From assembly GCF_902652985.1 (NCBI RefSeq), contig NC_047016.1, positions 16,492,001 to 16,556,000 of the forward strand: a DNA stretch of 64,000 nucleotides. The letters are read 5' to 3'. The stretch's first letter is position 1; each line of letters begins with the position of its first letter. The DNA comes from Pecten maximus (Eukaryota). The notes under the pieces are model-generated. The model did no database searches and was not told the DNA's origin. It saw only the letters and a program-made list of their open reading frames with translations. Positions 11,496-22,918 of the stretch are shown here, piece after piece. A program made the position numbers and the translations under genes.

Positions 11496-11989
11496 ATAAA
11501 ATTGAATGTGTGCCTCACAAGCACAATTATAATGTTGAATCATCATAAGTATGCGGACACGTATGTACCAGCCAGTTCAAGTTTCTACCCACGTTTGATA
11601 TATTTCTGATGGCAAAATAACAAATGATGCTCAACGATGTGATTTTCCCATACAAACTACATGTATAATTAATTTTACCACCTCCCAAGGGGAAAGAACT
11701 CTAGGGTCATGAAATTCACAACTTTAAGATTTTACACACATTTGAAAACTACCAAAATCACTGTATATTAAAATAAACTTTAATTTTTTTCTTTTCTCGA
11801 TAGTTCTACATGTTTTTATATGTGGATTTGGTAATTTGGTACTAAAAGTATCTTTTCCGGGACGACATTAACACTTGATCGTTAAAACTGCCCAATGCAC
11901 CCCATTACCACCCCATTACCACATTTTGTATTGTGTAAATAAATTTGATGTACATGCATGTTTTGCCCAATACGATCTTGATGTCAGGA

Positions 11990-12680
11990 TGTGTATGTAA
12001 TAGTGTATATAAAAGTGTATGTACATGTTTTACCCAATATAATCGCGATGTCAGAATGTGTAATGTATATGTAATAGTGTATGTAAAAGTGTATATGTAT
12101 ATGTATATTACCCAATATAATTTCGATGTCAGGATATGTGTATGTAAATGTGTATGTATATGTATTACCCTATATAATTTTGATATTAGGTTCTGTATGT
12201 AATAGTGTATGTATTAGTGTATGTAATAGTGTATGTATTAGTTTATGTAATAGTGTATGTAAAAGTGTATGTAATAGTGTATGTAGAAGTGTATGTATAT
12301 GTATTACCCTATATAATTTTGATATCAGGTTGTGTATGTAATAGTGTATGTAATAGTATATGTAATAGTATATGTAATAGTATATGTAATAGTATATGTA
12401 ATAGTGTATGTAAAAGTGTATGTAATAGTGTATGTAGAAGTGTATGTATATGTATTACCCTATATAATTATGATATCAGGTTGTGTATGTAATAGTGTAT
12501 GTAATAGTGTATGTAATAGTGTATGTAAAAGTGTATGTAATAGTATATGTAATAGTGTATGTAAAAGTGTATGTAATAGTGTATGTAGAAGTGTATGTAT
12601 ATGTACTACTCTATATAATTTTGATATCAGGTTGTGTATGTAATAGTGTATGTATTAACCAATATCATTCTGATATCAGG
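11990..12680. repeat. AT-rich 12-bp tandem repeat with a higher-order spacer
   Basis: (GTATGTAATAGT)n punctuated by TTACCCTATATAATTTTGATATCAGG; ends about 65 bp before the exon C acceptor. Confidence 0.9.
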
Positions 12681-12746
12681 TTGACAGTTCTGAAGTTCAA
12701 GGTGTTTTTGCAGTATTTGTATAATACATGTATATTTTTGGAACAG

Positions 12747-12916
12747 GTGCTTTGTTTATAGACAACGGTATAGAGCTAGCTGGTCGTATTTTCTGTCAGA
12801 CGCTGTTTGATGATGACAGACTTGTGAAGACATGGCGAGAGCTGGCACTACACCCTCTCCAGGAGGAGGAGCCCAACGGAGATCGGCAGTGGGTGGAGTC
12901 TAGTCCGGCATTACAG
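12747..12916 (+). CDS. DROSHA: Drosha exon C (end of RNase IIIa and linker)
   Basis: gaacag|GT GCT...TTACAG|gtttgt. Encodes GALFIDNG...LHPLQEEEPNGDRQWVESSPALQ; phase matches exon B. Confidence 0.96.
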
Positions 12917-12933
12917 GTTTGTTGCCGTTTGAG

Positions 12934-13261
12934 TTCTATTAAAGTTTTACCAGCAGTACCTGTACAATACTCTGACTTATTCTATTAAAGTTTTACCAGC
13001 AGTACCTGTACAATACTCTGACTTATTCTATTAAAGTTTTACCAGCAGTACCTGTACAATACTCTGACTTATTCTATGAAAGTTTTACCAGTAGTACCTG
13101 TACAATACTCTGACTTATTCTATTAAAGTTTTACCAGCAGTACCTGTACAATACTCTGACTTATTCTATTAAAGTTTTACCAGCAGTACCTGTACAATAC
13201 TCTGACTTATTCTATTAATGTTTTACACGCAGTACTTGTACCATACTCTGCCTTATTCTAT
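12934..13261. repeat. 46-bp minisatellite (~7 copies)
   Basis: Unit TTCTATTAAAGTTTTACCAGCAGTACCTGTACAATACTCTGACTTA. Confidence 0.93.
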
Positions 13262-13429
13262 TTCATATTATTTTCACAAGATGTAAGTTTGTCCATGAGT
13301 ATTCTCGTATTTTATGTCACCACCAAGGATCCTATTTAGTATGTGAGCTGGTCGAGCAAGACCTGCTGGATTGGAATCACCATCTCCTGATAATAACTCA
13401 AAGTCACACTTTTAAGGTCACTTGAGACT

Positions 13430-14242
13430 TCGTCTCTTCATCTCTAATCACCTTTTGTCCATCGTTGTGGGTCGTCTGTCATTCTTCATCGTCGTTTGTT
13501 CGTAAACAATTAAATTTTTCGACTTCTCAATAACCAAGAGGCCTAGAGACCTGATATGGGGCCATGGAAACAAGAACAAATAAGCCCTCTTTATTTTCCT
13601 ACATTTGTGTACTCTTATTTATTGTCCAGGGTGAAATAATTTAATGTTGAATCTTTTCGTAAGAAATATTAGTTGCTCCTACAAGCAGGTTTTAATTGTT
13701 ACTTCATTATCTTATGTCTCAAAAAAATGTTTCTTTTCTCATAAATTCCTGAAATTAATGAAAAAACTCAATGGGAGAATTGATGACCTTGAGCTCCATT
13801 CAAGGCCACCAGGCTCAAATACATGTATGCTAAAATCTTTCTAACGTCTTTTTCTTGAGAACCAACACAATTAGACACCTGATATTTGATCTGTAACATG
13901 CTGGAATGAATGACATTGACCTCAAATTCAAGGTCACAAAAATCAGACCTGCCAAAATACATTAAAACACAGGTGACCAATAAGGCCCAATGATTTTTAA
14001 TGAGAAAAACAAAATAGCCTACAGATGGCCATCTTGAATTTTGAAATGTTTTTATTGCTTTTTCTTGAAAAGCACAGGAGGTACATTACTCAAACTTCAT
14101 GTGAAGGTCCCCCTTGGTCCCTAGTTGTGCCAATTCAATTTAGATTATTGATCAGAAAAAACAAAAGGAAGATCAGCCTGCCATAGAACCAATAAAGATC
14201 TTTCAATGGTTGGGCGCCAAGATCTCTCTGGGATATTTTGTA
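13430..14242. mobile_element. Degenerate Helentron-like interspersed repeat
   Basis: CGTC-type microsatellite start, TGACCTTGA/TCAAGGTCA motifs, and an end motif shared with 8900-8960. Confidence 0.45.
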
Positions 14243-14339
14243 TGTACAACCCTAGCAGTGTGATGTTTACATCTAGTTTATATATAAGACATGAAGGATG
14301 TATTCACCTGTTTATTGTCTCATTTTGTTGTTGTTGTAG

Positions 14340-14443
14340 AAAATGTTGAATTTCGAGCAGGCAACTGGGATAACATTTAATCATATACGGCTGCTGGCCA
14401 AAGCGTTCACCCTGCGGAGTGTAGGCTATAACAACCTTACATT
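14340..14443 (+). CDS. DROSHA: Drosha exon D (start of RNase IIIb)
   Basis: ttgtag|AAA ATG...ACA TT|gtaagt. Encodes KMLNFEQATGITFNHIRLLAKAFTLRSVGYNNLTL. Confidence 0.96.
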
Positions 14444-14793
14444 GTAAGTACACATACCACGACTAGAGACAGTTTTCTTAATTAGTGTCAGTTTTAACTA
14501 ATGGATAAAGGTACACTGTATTATGATATGTGGTCTGAACGCCTATATAGGTTATGTCCTGGGTATTCTATATAATGAGAAGTATCATGTCTGGATGTAA
14601 TTGTACATGCCACTTTGATATTTTAACCCCAGTCAAGGTGACAACCAGAGGTCAAATTTCAAACCATTGTAAATTTTGTCAGGATTACTACTATAAACTG
14701 AAAGTTGTTCTCTTTGAATTATAATTTATGATTACCTGTTTGACAAGTTTAATGGGATAACTCATCGATATTTTGTGTGTAATGTTTTTGCAG

Positions 14794-14899
14794 GGGTCAC
14801 AACCAGAGGCTAGAGTTTCTCGGGGACACAGTTCTACAGCTGGTGGCATCACAGTACTTGTTCCGACATTTCCCTGACCATCACGAAGGCCATCTCTCA
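14794..14899 (+). CDS. DROSHA: Drosha exon E (RNase III signature)
   Basis: ttgcag|G GGT...TCA|gtaagt. Encodes [35 protein letters not shown]. Confidence 0.97.
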
Positions 14900-15504
14900 G
14901 TAAGTTCCTCGTAATGTTACATGATAATAACAGAAAGATGAAAACCAGCAGCTAAGTTCAAAACACAATTTAATGATATACAAAACTAAGAAAGTTACAG
15001 AGATAATTCACAATTAATATAAAGCGGTGTACATGGTGATGTAGTAAATCACTGTTAATTACTTATCGTAGTAAATCACTGTTAATTACTTATCATATAA
15101 CAGCTGTCCTTGAGTAAACCTTTCCTATCCGTTTCTCCAGAATAAAGAATGTTTATAAATCACACAGTTCACAGTTCCAGGCTTTTTGCTCTCCTTGACA
15201 ATTGTAAACCAGTTCTGAATAATAATTTGTCTCTCATGGTGTACTATAATACCAATCTTTAAAGTACATTCTCTAACCATCTGTTTTCTTGAATTCTGTT
15301 GTATACTTCTTGTAAACAACTGCCTGTCAATAAACACTAATTCTTGTAAACAAAAACATTACGTCTTCCACAATGTTCTCACTAGGCCTAGAATTTTCTA
15401 TTTACATATAAGGTCGTAAGAGTTATTTCCCTTGAGTAAACCATATACATACATCTTAGATTTCTGTAAGGGTTGCCTCCCTTCAATCACTGGTATATAT
15501 TAAA

Positions 15505-15599
15505 GTGTCGCAAAAAAAAATACGTCTCATTTGCAAATTTTTGGCCTCTTGGCCATCTTCAGAAAAATTTGCGAATGAGATGTATTTTTTTTGTGATAT
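15505..15599 (+). other. ~37-bp inverted repeat / stem-loop in Drosha intron E-F
   Basis: Arms 15505-15542 and 15563-15599, a 20-nt loop, one bulged A, and five G-U pairs in the sense RNA. Confidence 0.85.
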
Positions 15600-15718
15600 G
15601 AATGATTTAATTTTTTTTGAATCTATAAAAGTGTCAACTCAATTTATATTATTTATGTAATAATCTCAATCCTGTGGTGATTAAATCATGTGACCAAATT
15701 AATTTGCCATATCTCCAG

Positions 15719-15860
15719 TTACTAAGGAGTTCATTGGTGAATAACCGGACACAATCTATTGTGTGTGACGACCTCAACATGTCTGAGTATGCCATATTTG
15801 CTGAAACCAGGGGAGATAAGCTGGATATGAAAACAAAGGAAAAGGCTGATCTTCTGGAAG
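15719..15860 (+). CDS. DROSHA: Drosha exon F (RNase IIIb)
   Basis: ctccag|TTA...GAA G|gtaagt. Encodes LLRSSLVNNRTQ...KTKEKADLLE. Confidence 0.96.
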
Positions 15861-16265
15861 GTAAGTATTAATAAATTGTTTTGTACGTTTCACCCCAACA
15901 TTATCCTATCATATGATTTTACTGTCTATATACCAGGAAAAAAAACCCGAGGAAATTAACAAACAGGAAGAAAAAAAAAAAATTCTACTACCTTGAAATA
16001 CCATCAGTGGTTATTGATCGGTTATCATCTGTGATGTAGAATACAGACATAGCAATATTTCTATATTTTGAAAACCGTTAAATGCATCACCTCTCACACT
16101 TTATGTCATCCTAAAAAGAAAAAGTACTATAAGTATTCCTGCCACTTGTTATCAATGAGTCACAAATTGATTTTTTTATGGGTCAAGGTTCTTCGACATT
16201 TGTTGTAACCTTTTCAGCGTCTTTTGGCGTATCCTCTTTTATATTTACACTAAGACTTCAGATGA

Positions 16266-16585
16266 CATATTTGATGACATATTACACTAAAATCTATATT
16301 GAATGTTCTCACATATTTGATGACATATTACACTAAAATCTGTATTGAATGTTCTCACATATTTGATGACATATTACACTAAAATCTATATTGAATGTTC
16401 TCACATATTTGATGACATATTACACAAGAATCTGTATTGAATGTTCTCACATATTTGATGACATATTACACTAAAATCTGTATTGAATGTTCTCACATAT
16501 TTGATGACATATTACACTAAAATCTGTATTGAATGTTCTCACATATTTGATGACATATTACACTAAAATCTGTATTGAATGTTCT
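16266..16585. repeat. 46-bp minisatellite (~7 copies) running up to the exon G acceptor
   Basis: Unit CATATTTGATGACATATTACACTAAAATCTGTATTGAATGTTCTCA. Confidence 0.93.
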
Positions 16586-16596
16586 TGTCTTTGCAG

Positions 16597-16786
16597 CGTT
16601 CATTGGAGCGTTATTTGTGGACAAAGGTATCGACTACTGTAACATCTTCTGTAACGTCTGTTTCTTTCCTCGACTCAAGGACTTTATCATGAACCAGGAC
16701 TGGAATGATCCCAAGTCTCAGCTCCAACAATGCTGTCTCACCCTTAGGGAGCTGGACGGGGGTGAGCCTGACATCCCCCTATACAG
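16597..16786 (+). CDS. DROSHA: Drosha exon G (end of RNase IIIb, start of dsRBD)
   Basis: ttgcag|CG TTC...TAC AG|gtaagt. Encodes AFIGALFVDKG...NVCFFPRLKDFIMNQDWNDPKSQLQQCCLTLR...EPDIPLYR. Confidence 0.97.
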
Positions 16787-17146
16787 GTAAGTTATGCCAT
16801 TGTCTCCCTAGAGAGCTGCTCGTATGAGTCAAACATCCTCTATATAGGTAAGTAATGCCATTGTCTCCCTAGGGAGCTGTTTGTATGAGTCAAACATCCC
16901 CTATATAGGTAAGTAATGCCATTGTCTCCCTAGGGAGCTGCTTTTATGAGTCAAGCATCCCCTATATAGGTAAGTAATGCCATTGTCTCCCTAGGGAGCT
17001 GCTTCTGTGCCTGACATCCCTCTATACAGGTAAGTAATGCCATTGTCTCCCTAGGGAGCTGCTTCCATGCTTGACATCCCTCTATACAGGTAAATAATGC
17101 CATTGTCTCCCTAGGCGCTGATTGTGTGTCTGACATCCCCCTATAC
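16735..17146. repeat. 60-61-bp tandem repeat copied from the exon G 3' end and its splice donor
   Basis: Unit approximately TGTCTCCCTAGGGAGCTG...GACATCCCCTATACAGGTAAGTAATGCCAT. AG|GTAA recurs at 16787, 16848, 16909, 16970, 17030 and 17090. Confidence 0.92.
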
Positions 17147-17199
17147 TAGTAAAGACATATTTATTTTATGACAATTGCAAAACAGGTTATATCAGCTTA

Positions 17200-17851
17200 C
17201 ACTGATCACCTTCATTGGTCCTGATAGGAGTGTGCCAGGGGTCTTGTTTAATGCTCTATCAAAACAGATTACTACCTTTGGTATGAAACATCAATAGCGG
17301 AGGGTGAACATATTTTATATAAATAAGGCTGGTCTGACCCCTAGGGCCCCAGTGGCGGGCCCCAAAAGGGGAACTTTGGTGAATTTTTGCTTCAAAGCCC
17401 TACTCCTCCATAAGGGTGGTCATATTTCATATAAATGAGGCTGGTCTGACCCCTGGGGCCTGCATGGTGGGGTCCCAAATGGGGAACTTTGATGGATTTT
17501 TGCTTTTAAACCCTACATCTTAACTCTTGGGTTGATTACATCTGATTTTGTTGTGAATCATGATCGGGGGAGGGCAGTTTTAGTTTTTATGAATGAGGCC
17601 TTTGTGATCCCTGGGGCCAGTGGGGTGGTTGCTGAAATTTTGCTTTAAAACTCAACTCTTTCTCAAACTTTGAGTGGATTCAAACAAAGTTTGGTCTGAA
17701 ACATCATTGGGGGAGACCAATCATATTTTATATAAATTAAGCTGGAGGGGCCCTGTGTGGCGTGGCACCTAAAGGGGAATTTGCTGTAATTTTGCTTTCT
17801 ATATAATGATTCAATTGTCAGATGACCGTTAAGGGCCTTGGCTCTCTTGTT
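17200..17851. mobile_element. Degenerate Helentron/HINE-like element
   Basis: Internal degenerate tandem units and end motif TCAGATGACCGTTAAGG..C.TGG.CTCTTGTT. An inverted related end occurs at about 19335-19368. Confidence 0.45.
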
Positions 17852-17912
17852 ATAGACTGTGGTATGTTGAGGCCAGGGCGCAGGGTACAGAACCCAAAAC
17901 CTGTCTAACAGG

Positions 17913-18137
17913 GGGCTGCGGTGGCCGAGTGGTTAAGGTGTCCCGACACTTTATCACTAGCCCTCCACCTCTGGGTTGCGAGTTCGAAACCTACGTGGGG
18001 CAGTTGCCAGGTACTGACCGTAGGCCGGTGGTTTTTCTCCGGGTACTCCAGCTTTCCTCCACCTCCAAAACCTGGCACGTCCTTAAATGACCCTGGCTGT
18101 AATAGGACGTTAAACAAAAACAAACCAAACCAAACTT
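17913..18137 (+). mobile_element. tRNA-derived SINE, V-SINE-like, full length with target-site duplication
   Basis: A box TGGCCGAGTGG (17922-17932) and B box GAGTTCGAAACC (17980-17991). Central GGTTTTTCTCCGGGTACTCCAGCTTTCCTCC resembles the V-domain core. (CAAAC)n tail; TSD TCTAACAGG at 17904-17912 and 18138-18146. Confidence 0.9.
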
Positions 18138-18321
18138 TCTAACAGGAGTGAGGCATTGTCAAGGGAGAAAGTAGGGAGAATGAAGTTGCTAGACAGAAGT
18201 GAAAAGATGAAATCCTATATATAGTGACTTGTATAGTACAGATTTGTTGCCATTATAGATAGTTAATTTACTGAGTGGTGTCGATTGTCCAACTCTTCAA
18301 TGATTTTTTTTTAAATTTAAG

Positions 18322-18467
18322 GATGATAGAGGCATTTGGACCAACCAACACTCGAGAGTACACAGTGGCTGTGTATTTCAGGGACGAGAGATTAGCCAAA
18401 GGGATGGGCCACAGTATACAACAGGCAGAAATGGCCGCCGCCAGGAACGCACTCAAAGAGAGATCAG
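18322..18467 (+). CDS. DROSHA: Drosha exon H (dsRBD)
   Basis: tttaag|G ATG...TCA G|gtacac. Encodes MIEAFGPTNTREYTVAVYFRDERLAKGMGHSIQQAEMAAARNALKERS. Confidence 0.95.
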
Positions 18468-18765
18468 GTACACATTCTCACAACATGACTCAGGTTGTCT
18501 GTCATATCAAATATCACAATGGGATCCTGTGTCTGTCCATCTGTCTGTCAAAAACTGGTGAAAGTGTTTCACGGTTCATACAGATATGTCCTTGAATTTC
18601 ACTTCTTGCTTGGAATAGTCTGGAAATTCAGTATTAAGCCTCGAAAGTCTTGGACCAAATTGGGCCTCAATGCCTTGAAAAGTCCTTGAATTTATGACTT
18701 TAGACGAGATGATTCTGTTTACCAAAAAAAAACACCAAATCTCCGGTGTGGTGAGATAAAATTGA

Positions 18766-19077
18766 CAGAATTAAGGCTGTATGTCATGTTACATGCTGAT
18801 TGAATTGTTTGTACTGTTACTGACCAGAATTAAGGCTGTATGTCATGTTACATGCTGATTGAATTGTTTGTACTGTTACTGACCAGAATTAAGGCTGTAT
18901 GTCATGTTACATGCTGATTGAATTGTTTGTACTGTTACTGACCAGAATTAAGGCTGTATGTCATGTTACATGATGATTGAATTGTTTGTACTGTTACTGA
19001 CCAGAATTAAGGCTGTATGTCATGTTACATGATGATTGAATTGTTTGTACTGTTACTGACCAGAATTAAGGCTGTAT
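18766..19077. repeat. 59-bp minisatellite (~5 copies)
   Basis: Unit CAGAATTAAGGCTGTATGTCATGTTACATGCTGATTGAATTGTTTGTACTGTTACTGAC. Confidence 0.93.
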
Positions 19078-19875
19078 ATCAAACTTTATTTTAAGTTACA
19101 CAACAGAAATTAATTTCACCAAGAGTTTATTTTGTTCCTGAACAAATCCTTGAATTAAATGATATGAAGTCTTGGAAAGTCATGGAATTTTATATTTTAA
19201 ATATAAGGCTCTTAGTCTGTATGAACAAAGGGCAAGTTATTTCAGAGATCAACAAATCAGTAAAAAATGGTAATATGGCTTATCTTGAATATTCTTGTGG
19301 GGTGTTAATGCAATGCTATCAGTTCAGTTTGTGAACAAGATATCTATGGCCTTAACGGTCACCTGAGTTTTGAAATATTTCAGTTAATTTGACCCTTTTT
19401 GACCCCACCCATCAGCCCCTGGGGGTCAGTCGGGCCAGCATGTGCATACCAACAAACTGTCATACCATGCTGATAATGTTAACAAAGTTTGAATGAATCC
19501 CCATAGAAATAAAAAAAAAATGGTAGTTAAAATGTGATTTCCCAACATAAGCTATACTAAAGTTTACCCCCTCCCCAGGGGCAAACATGAGACCCCAAGG
19601 TCATGAAATCATTCACAATTTTGGTAAGACCCTTCTTGGCCCAAAAGTCTCTAGATATAGGTCTAGGCTCCACTGTCAGATGTATCAGGCATCCAATTGT
19701 AGTACTCTTGTTTCTATAGCAAAGCATACCTTTTATGACTAATAATTAGGTGAAAAAGAATGTTTTTCTAGATAATCACAAGCTGATGTCTTTCTGGATT
19801 TCTTGACTTTTAATATTTCATTTGACATTACTGTTTAAGATGATATCCTGAGTTTTGATACCATGTTTTTTCCAG

Positions 19876-20066
19876 AATTATTCCCTATACTTGCTCACCA
19901 AAAAAGATTCCTTGAAAAGAAGCAGAAGAAGAGAAAGCATGTCCGTAAACAAAGAGGAGGAGAAAGGAACATTGGGGAAAGAGGGGGCGGGTCCTCCTCA
20001 GGGTATGGCCCCTCCCCCAGTAAGTCAGTAGAGAACCAGAGGAGACCAGGTAGACGAGGACGTTGA
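19876..20066 (+). CDS. DROSHA: Drosha last coding exon
   Basis: ttccag|AA TTA TTC. Encodes ELFPILAHQKRFLEKK (compare human FPQMAHQKRFIERK), then a basic/Gly-rich tail; stop TGA followed by TAG. Confidence 0.93.
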
Positions 20067-20068
20067 TA

Positions 20069-20272
20069 GTTACTGGATGGTGGAGCTTCTATTTATCTAA
20101 TTCAGCTGTGGTGGACCTTTGTCCAATACCAGAAAAAGTTACTGGATGGTGGAGCTTCTATTTATCTAATTCAGCTGTGGTGGACCTTTGTCCAATACCA
20201 GAAAAAGTTACTGGATGGTGGAGCTTCTATTTATCTAATTCAGCTGTGGTGGACCTTTGTCCAATACCAGAA
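20069..20272. repeat. 69-bp tandem triplication at the start of the Drosha 3' UTR
   Basis: Three near-identical copies of GTTACTGGATGGTGGAGC...CCAATACCAGAAAAA. Confidence 0.93.
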
Positions 20273-20360
20273 CAATATGCTCTCTTAAAAAACTGATTTT
20301 GTTGAGTATTGAAGAACCATGTAAGAAATCTTGGGATCACAAACTGTCACTCTAGACCCC

Positions 20361-20512
20361 GATCAGAGATGGCTGTAGGGAGGCCAGACTCGGATCAGAG
20401 AAGGCTGTAGGGAGGCCAGACTCGGATCAGAGAAGGCTGTAGGGAGGCCAGACTCAGATCAGAGAAGGCTGTAGGGAGGCCAGACTCGGATCAGAGAAGG
20501 CTGTAGGGAGGC
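20361..20512. repeat. 32-bp tandem repeat (~4.7 copies)
   Basis: Unit GATCAGAGAAGGCTGTAGGGAGGCCAGACTCG. Confidence 0.92.
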
Positions 20513-22773
20513 AGGGAAGCTGCTAGTACTGATAGTACTGGTCAGTAAAATACATTTTTGTAGTCATTTTTACCAGTAAAATACAGATTGATTTTTGTAG
20601 TCATTTTGACCAGGCCCTTTGTCTCTATGTAGAACCATGGTTGTCAACCAAATAACCTACAGAAGGCTATTAGTGTACTGTACTACGCGAGACACAGGGG
20701 GGATTGTGTGAAAATGGTTGGGAATGCATTTTTAACTTCCATTCTTATCTGAAACAGTCAGAACCAAGTCAGATACATTAGCTAGTCAGTAGTGAATCAG
20801 TAATACTATATATGTACAGAATAGTGCTTTAAGGTCAGGCCTTGTAACGTCAGAATTAAACATGATTTTATTGTTTTAACCAATGATTGATGCCATTCCC
20901 TGCCAAGTGTTTCCATTCAGTGTTTAACAAACGACACACTATGTACAGTACTTAGATGTTTGATAAAATATTCATACTGTATGTACAATACAAGATGAAA
21001 AGCTGGTTTTTAATCCAATTCAAATATGCAAAACTTCTTTATGTATATCATATTCAAAGAATGAAATGATGTTTATGGACACGGGGAATTCAGCAACGAG
21101 GGAAATTTTAGAAATAGTCTTTAGGATATGAATAAAAAAATAATTTCTTTAATGCATGATTCTTACAAATTTTGCTGTTTTTCTTCATACCCTAATGAAT
21201 TTTTTTAGAATTGCTCTCAACACTTTTAAGAAGTAATTATATGTTGATAAATCGAATCAAGACAAGAAAACTTATTTTAATACTTTGTAAATGCTATTAA
21301 TTATGCTGAACAAAAACCCCAAAAAAACCCCAGTTTTTCTCAGAAATTTCAAAAGAAAACTATCTACCAATCAAACTATTACGTAGATTATCAGTACAAT
21401 GGAAATACATACAAATTCCTAAATAATCACTGGTAGTAAAGAGGTACTGTTATCTATTCCTAAATAATCACTGGTAGTAAAGAGGTACTGTTATCTACTT
21501 CTCTAGTCTACACGAGAGCCTAGTCAAGGGGAAGCAACTCATGTACAAAATTGATGACATTCTTGTACATTTGATATATACAGTGTAACCTAGTAGAGAC
21601 CTGTATGTGATTACTAGGAATATAATATCTAAATACACAATGTCTTTATTTATTTTTTTGTTACATGTATTTTGTTGTTTTATGAAATAAAACTCGAACA
21701 AGTGCTAATACTTTACTATCCTATGACAAATTCCAGATAACTCCTTACAATATATTGAGGAAAACGAGGTCTTAAATATTGCGCCAAAGTGTATAATCAT
21801 AATTTAACATTTCTAATGTTGACTGTATTCTAAGTTAAGAATGATAATAGTTGTGGATTTGTGAGCCAATTCAAGTGTGGAAGTGAAATCTAGAAGGATG
21901 TGCTGGCAGTAAAGAGTGATGATAATGTGCTTGTTTATATACACGAGGCGATAAATGTGCTCAAAGTTGTTTAGCCGATGCTCTGTATGTACACCTGAGG
22001 AATGTATGATGATCAATTTATAAATAAAGAACTAAAAGTATACAGTTTTCAATTGTTTTCCTGTTATATAAATTTATTTTCTGTAAATTCCATCAAGTAA
22101 CTGTTACTCCTACAATGATATTATGGTTGATATCCAACACATAGTTCCAAAGATACTACTGAAAACAATTTGACTAAATTCCATTTTTGAGCTGCTTCTC
22201 TGTTCTCCAGGCATCGTCACTAGCCAAGGATTCATTTTGTTTTCATGTATTTACTCTTTGAAGATTTAGTTTTGCTTTCTTAAAGATGGTTTTTCAAGGC
22301 ATCCAATGTAATTGCATCTTGCTTACAGGTTGACGGCCAATGGCAGTGGGAGAAAATTTAAAAACAGCTATTAATCTGCCAATAGGGAAATACAGGAAAA
22401 TGAAATGAACCCTTAGCTAGTGAAGATTTCCCCCAGTACAGATAGCAACAAAACATTTGAGACCAGATAAATCAGTCCCCTACTGATGAAACTAGGGGGA
22501 CTAAGGTTTCCTTCCCGTCCATCTGTCAGTCTGTCCACTCAGTTTTCCGCACTTTTCTCGGCCATGCTAAAGTTATGTTGATGAAAGTTAACATTTATCT
22601 TCAGTATGAGAACAGATCAACTTTGAGTTTCAAGGTTTTTGGGTCAAGGTCACAGTTTCTATTTTTAATGGGGGACATGTATTCATTTAGCTATACCCAA
22701 CATGCTCGGTCTTCCATAACTTGAGAACCCTTCTGACAAATGCAGCATCAAGACTAGAACTGAATAGTTGGTG

Positions 22774-22918
22774 CTTGAGCGCCACCTATTAGTACTGCTG
22801 AACTTGAGCGCCACCTATTAGTACTGCTGAACTTGAGCGCCACCTATTGGTACTGCTGAGCTTGAGCGCCACCTATTAGTACTGCTGAACTTGAGCGCCA
22901 CCTATTAGTACTGCTGAA
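22774..22918. repeat. 29-bp tandem repeat x5 carrying a CTCF-like motif
   Basis: Unit CTTGAGCGCCACCTATT(A/G)GTACTGCTGAA. Confidence 0.93.

Noticed and set aside
17913-17995. tRNA gene
   Set aside because: It is the tRNA-derived head of a SINE, followed by a core domain, tail and TSD.
20063-20296. Readthrough or extension of Drosha by the 23-aa repeat ORF
   Set aside because: It is in a different frame, and Drosha ends in tandem TGA TAG stops.
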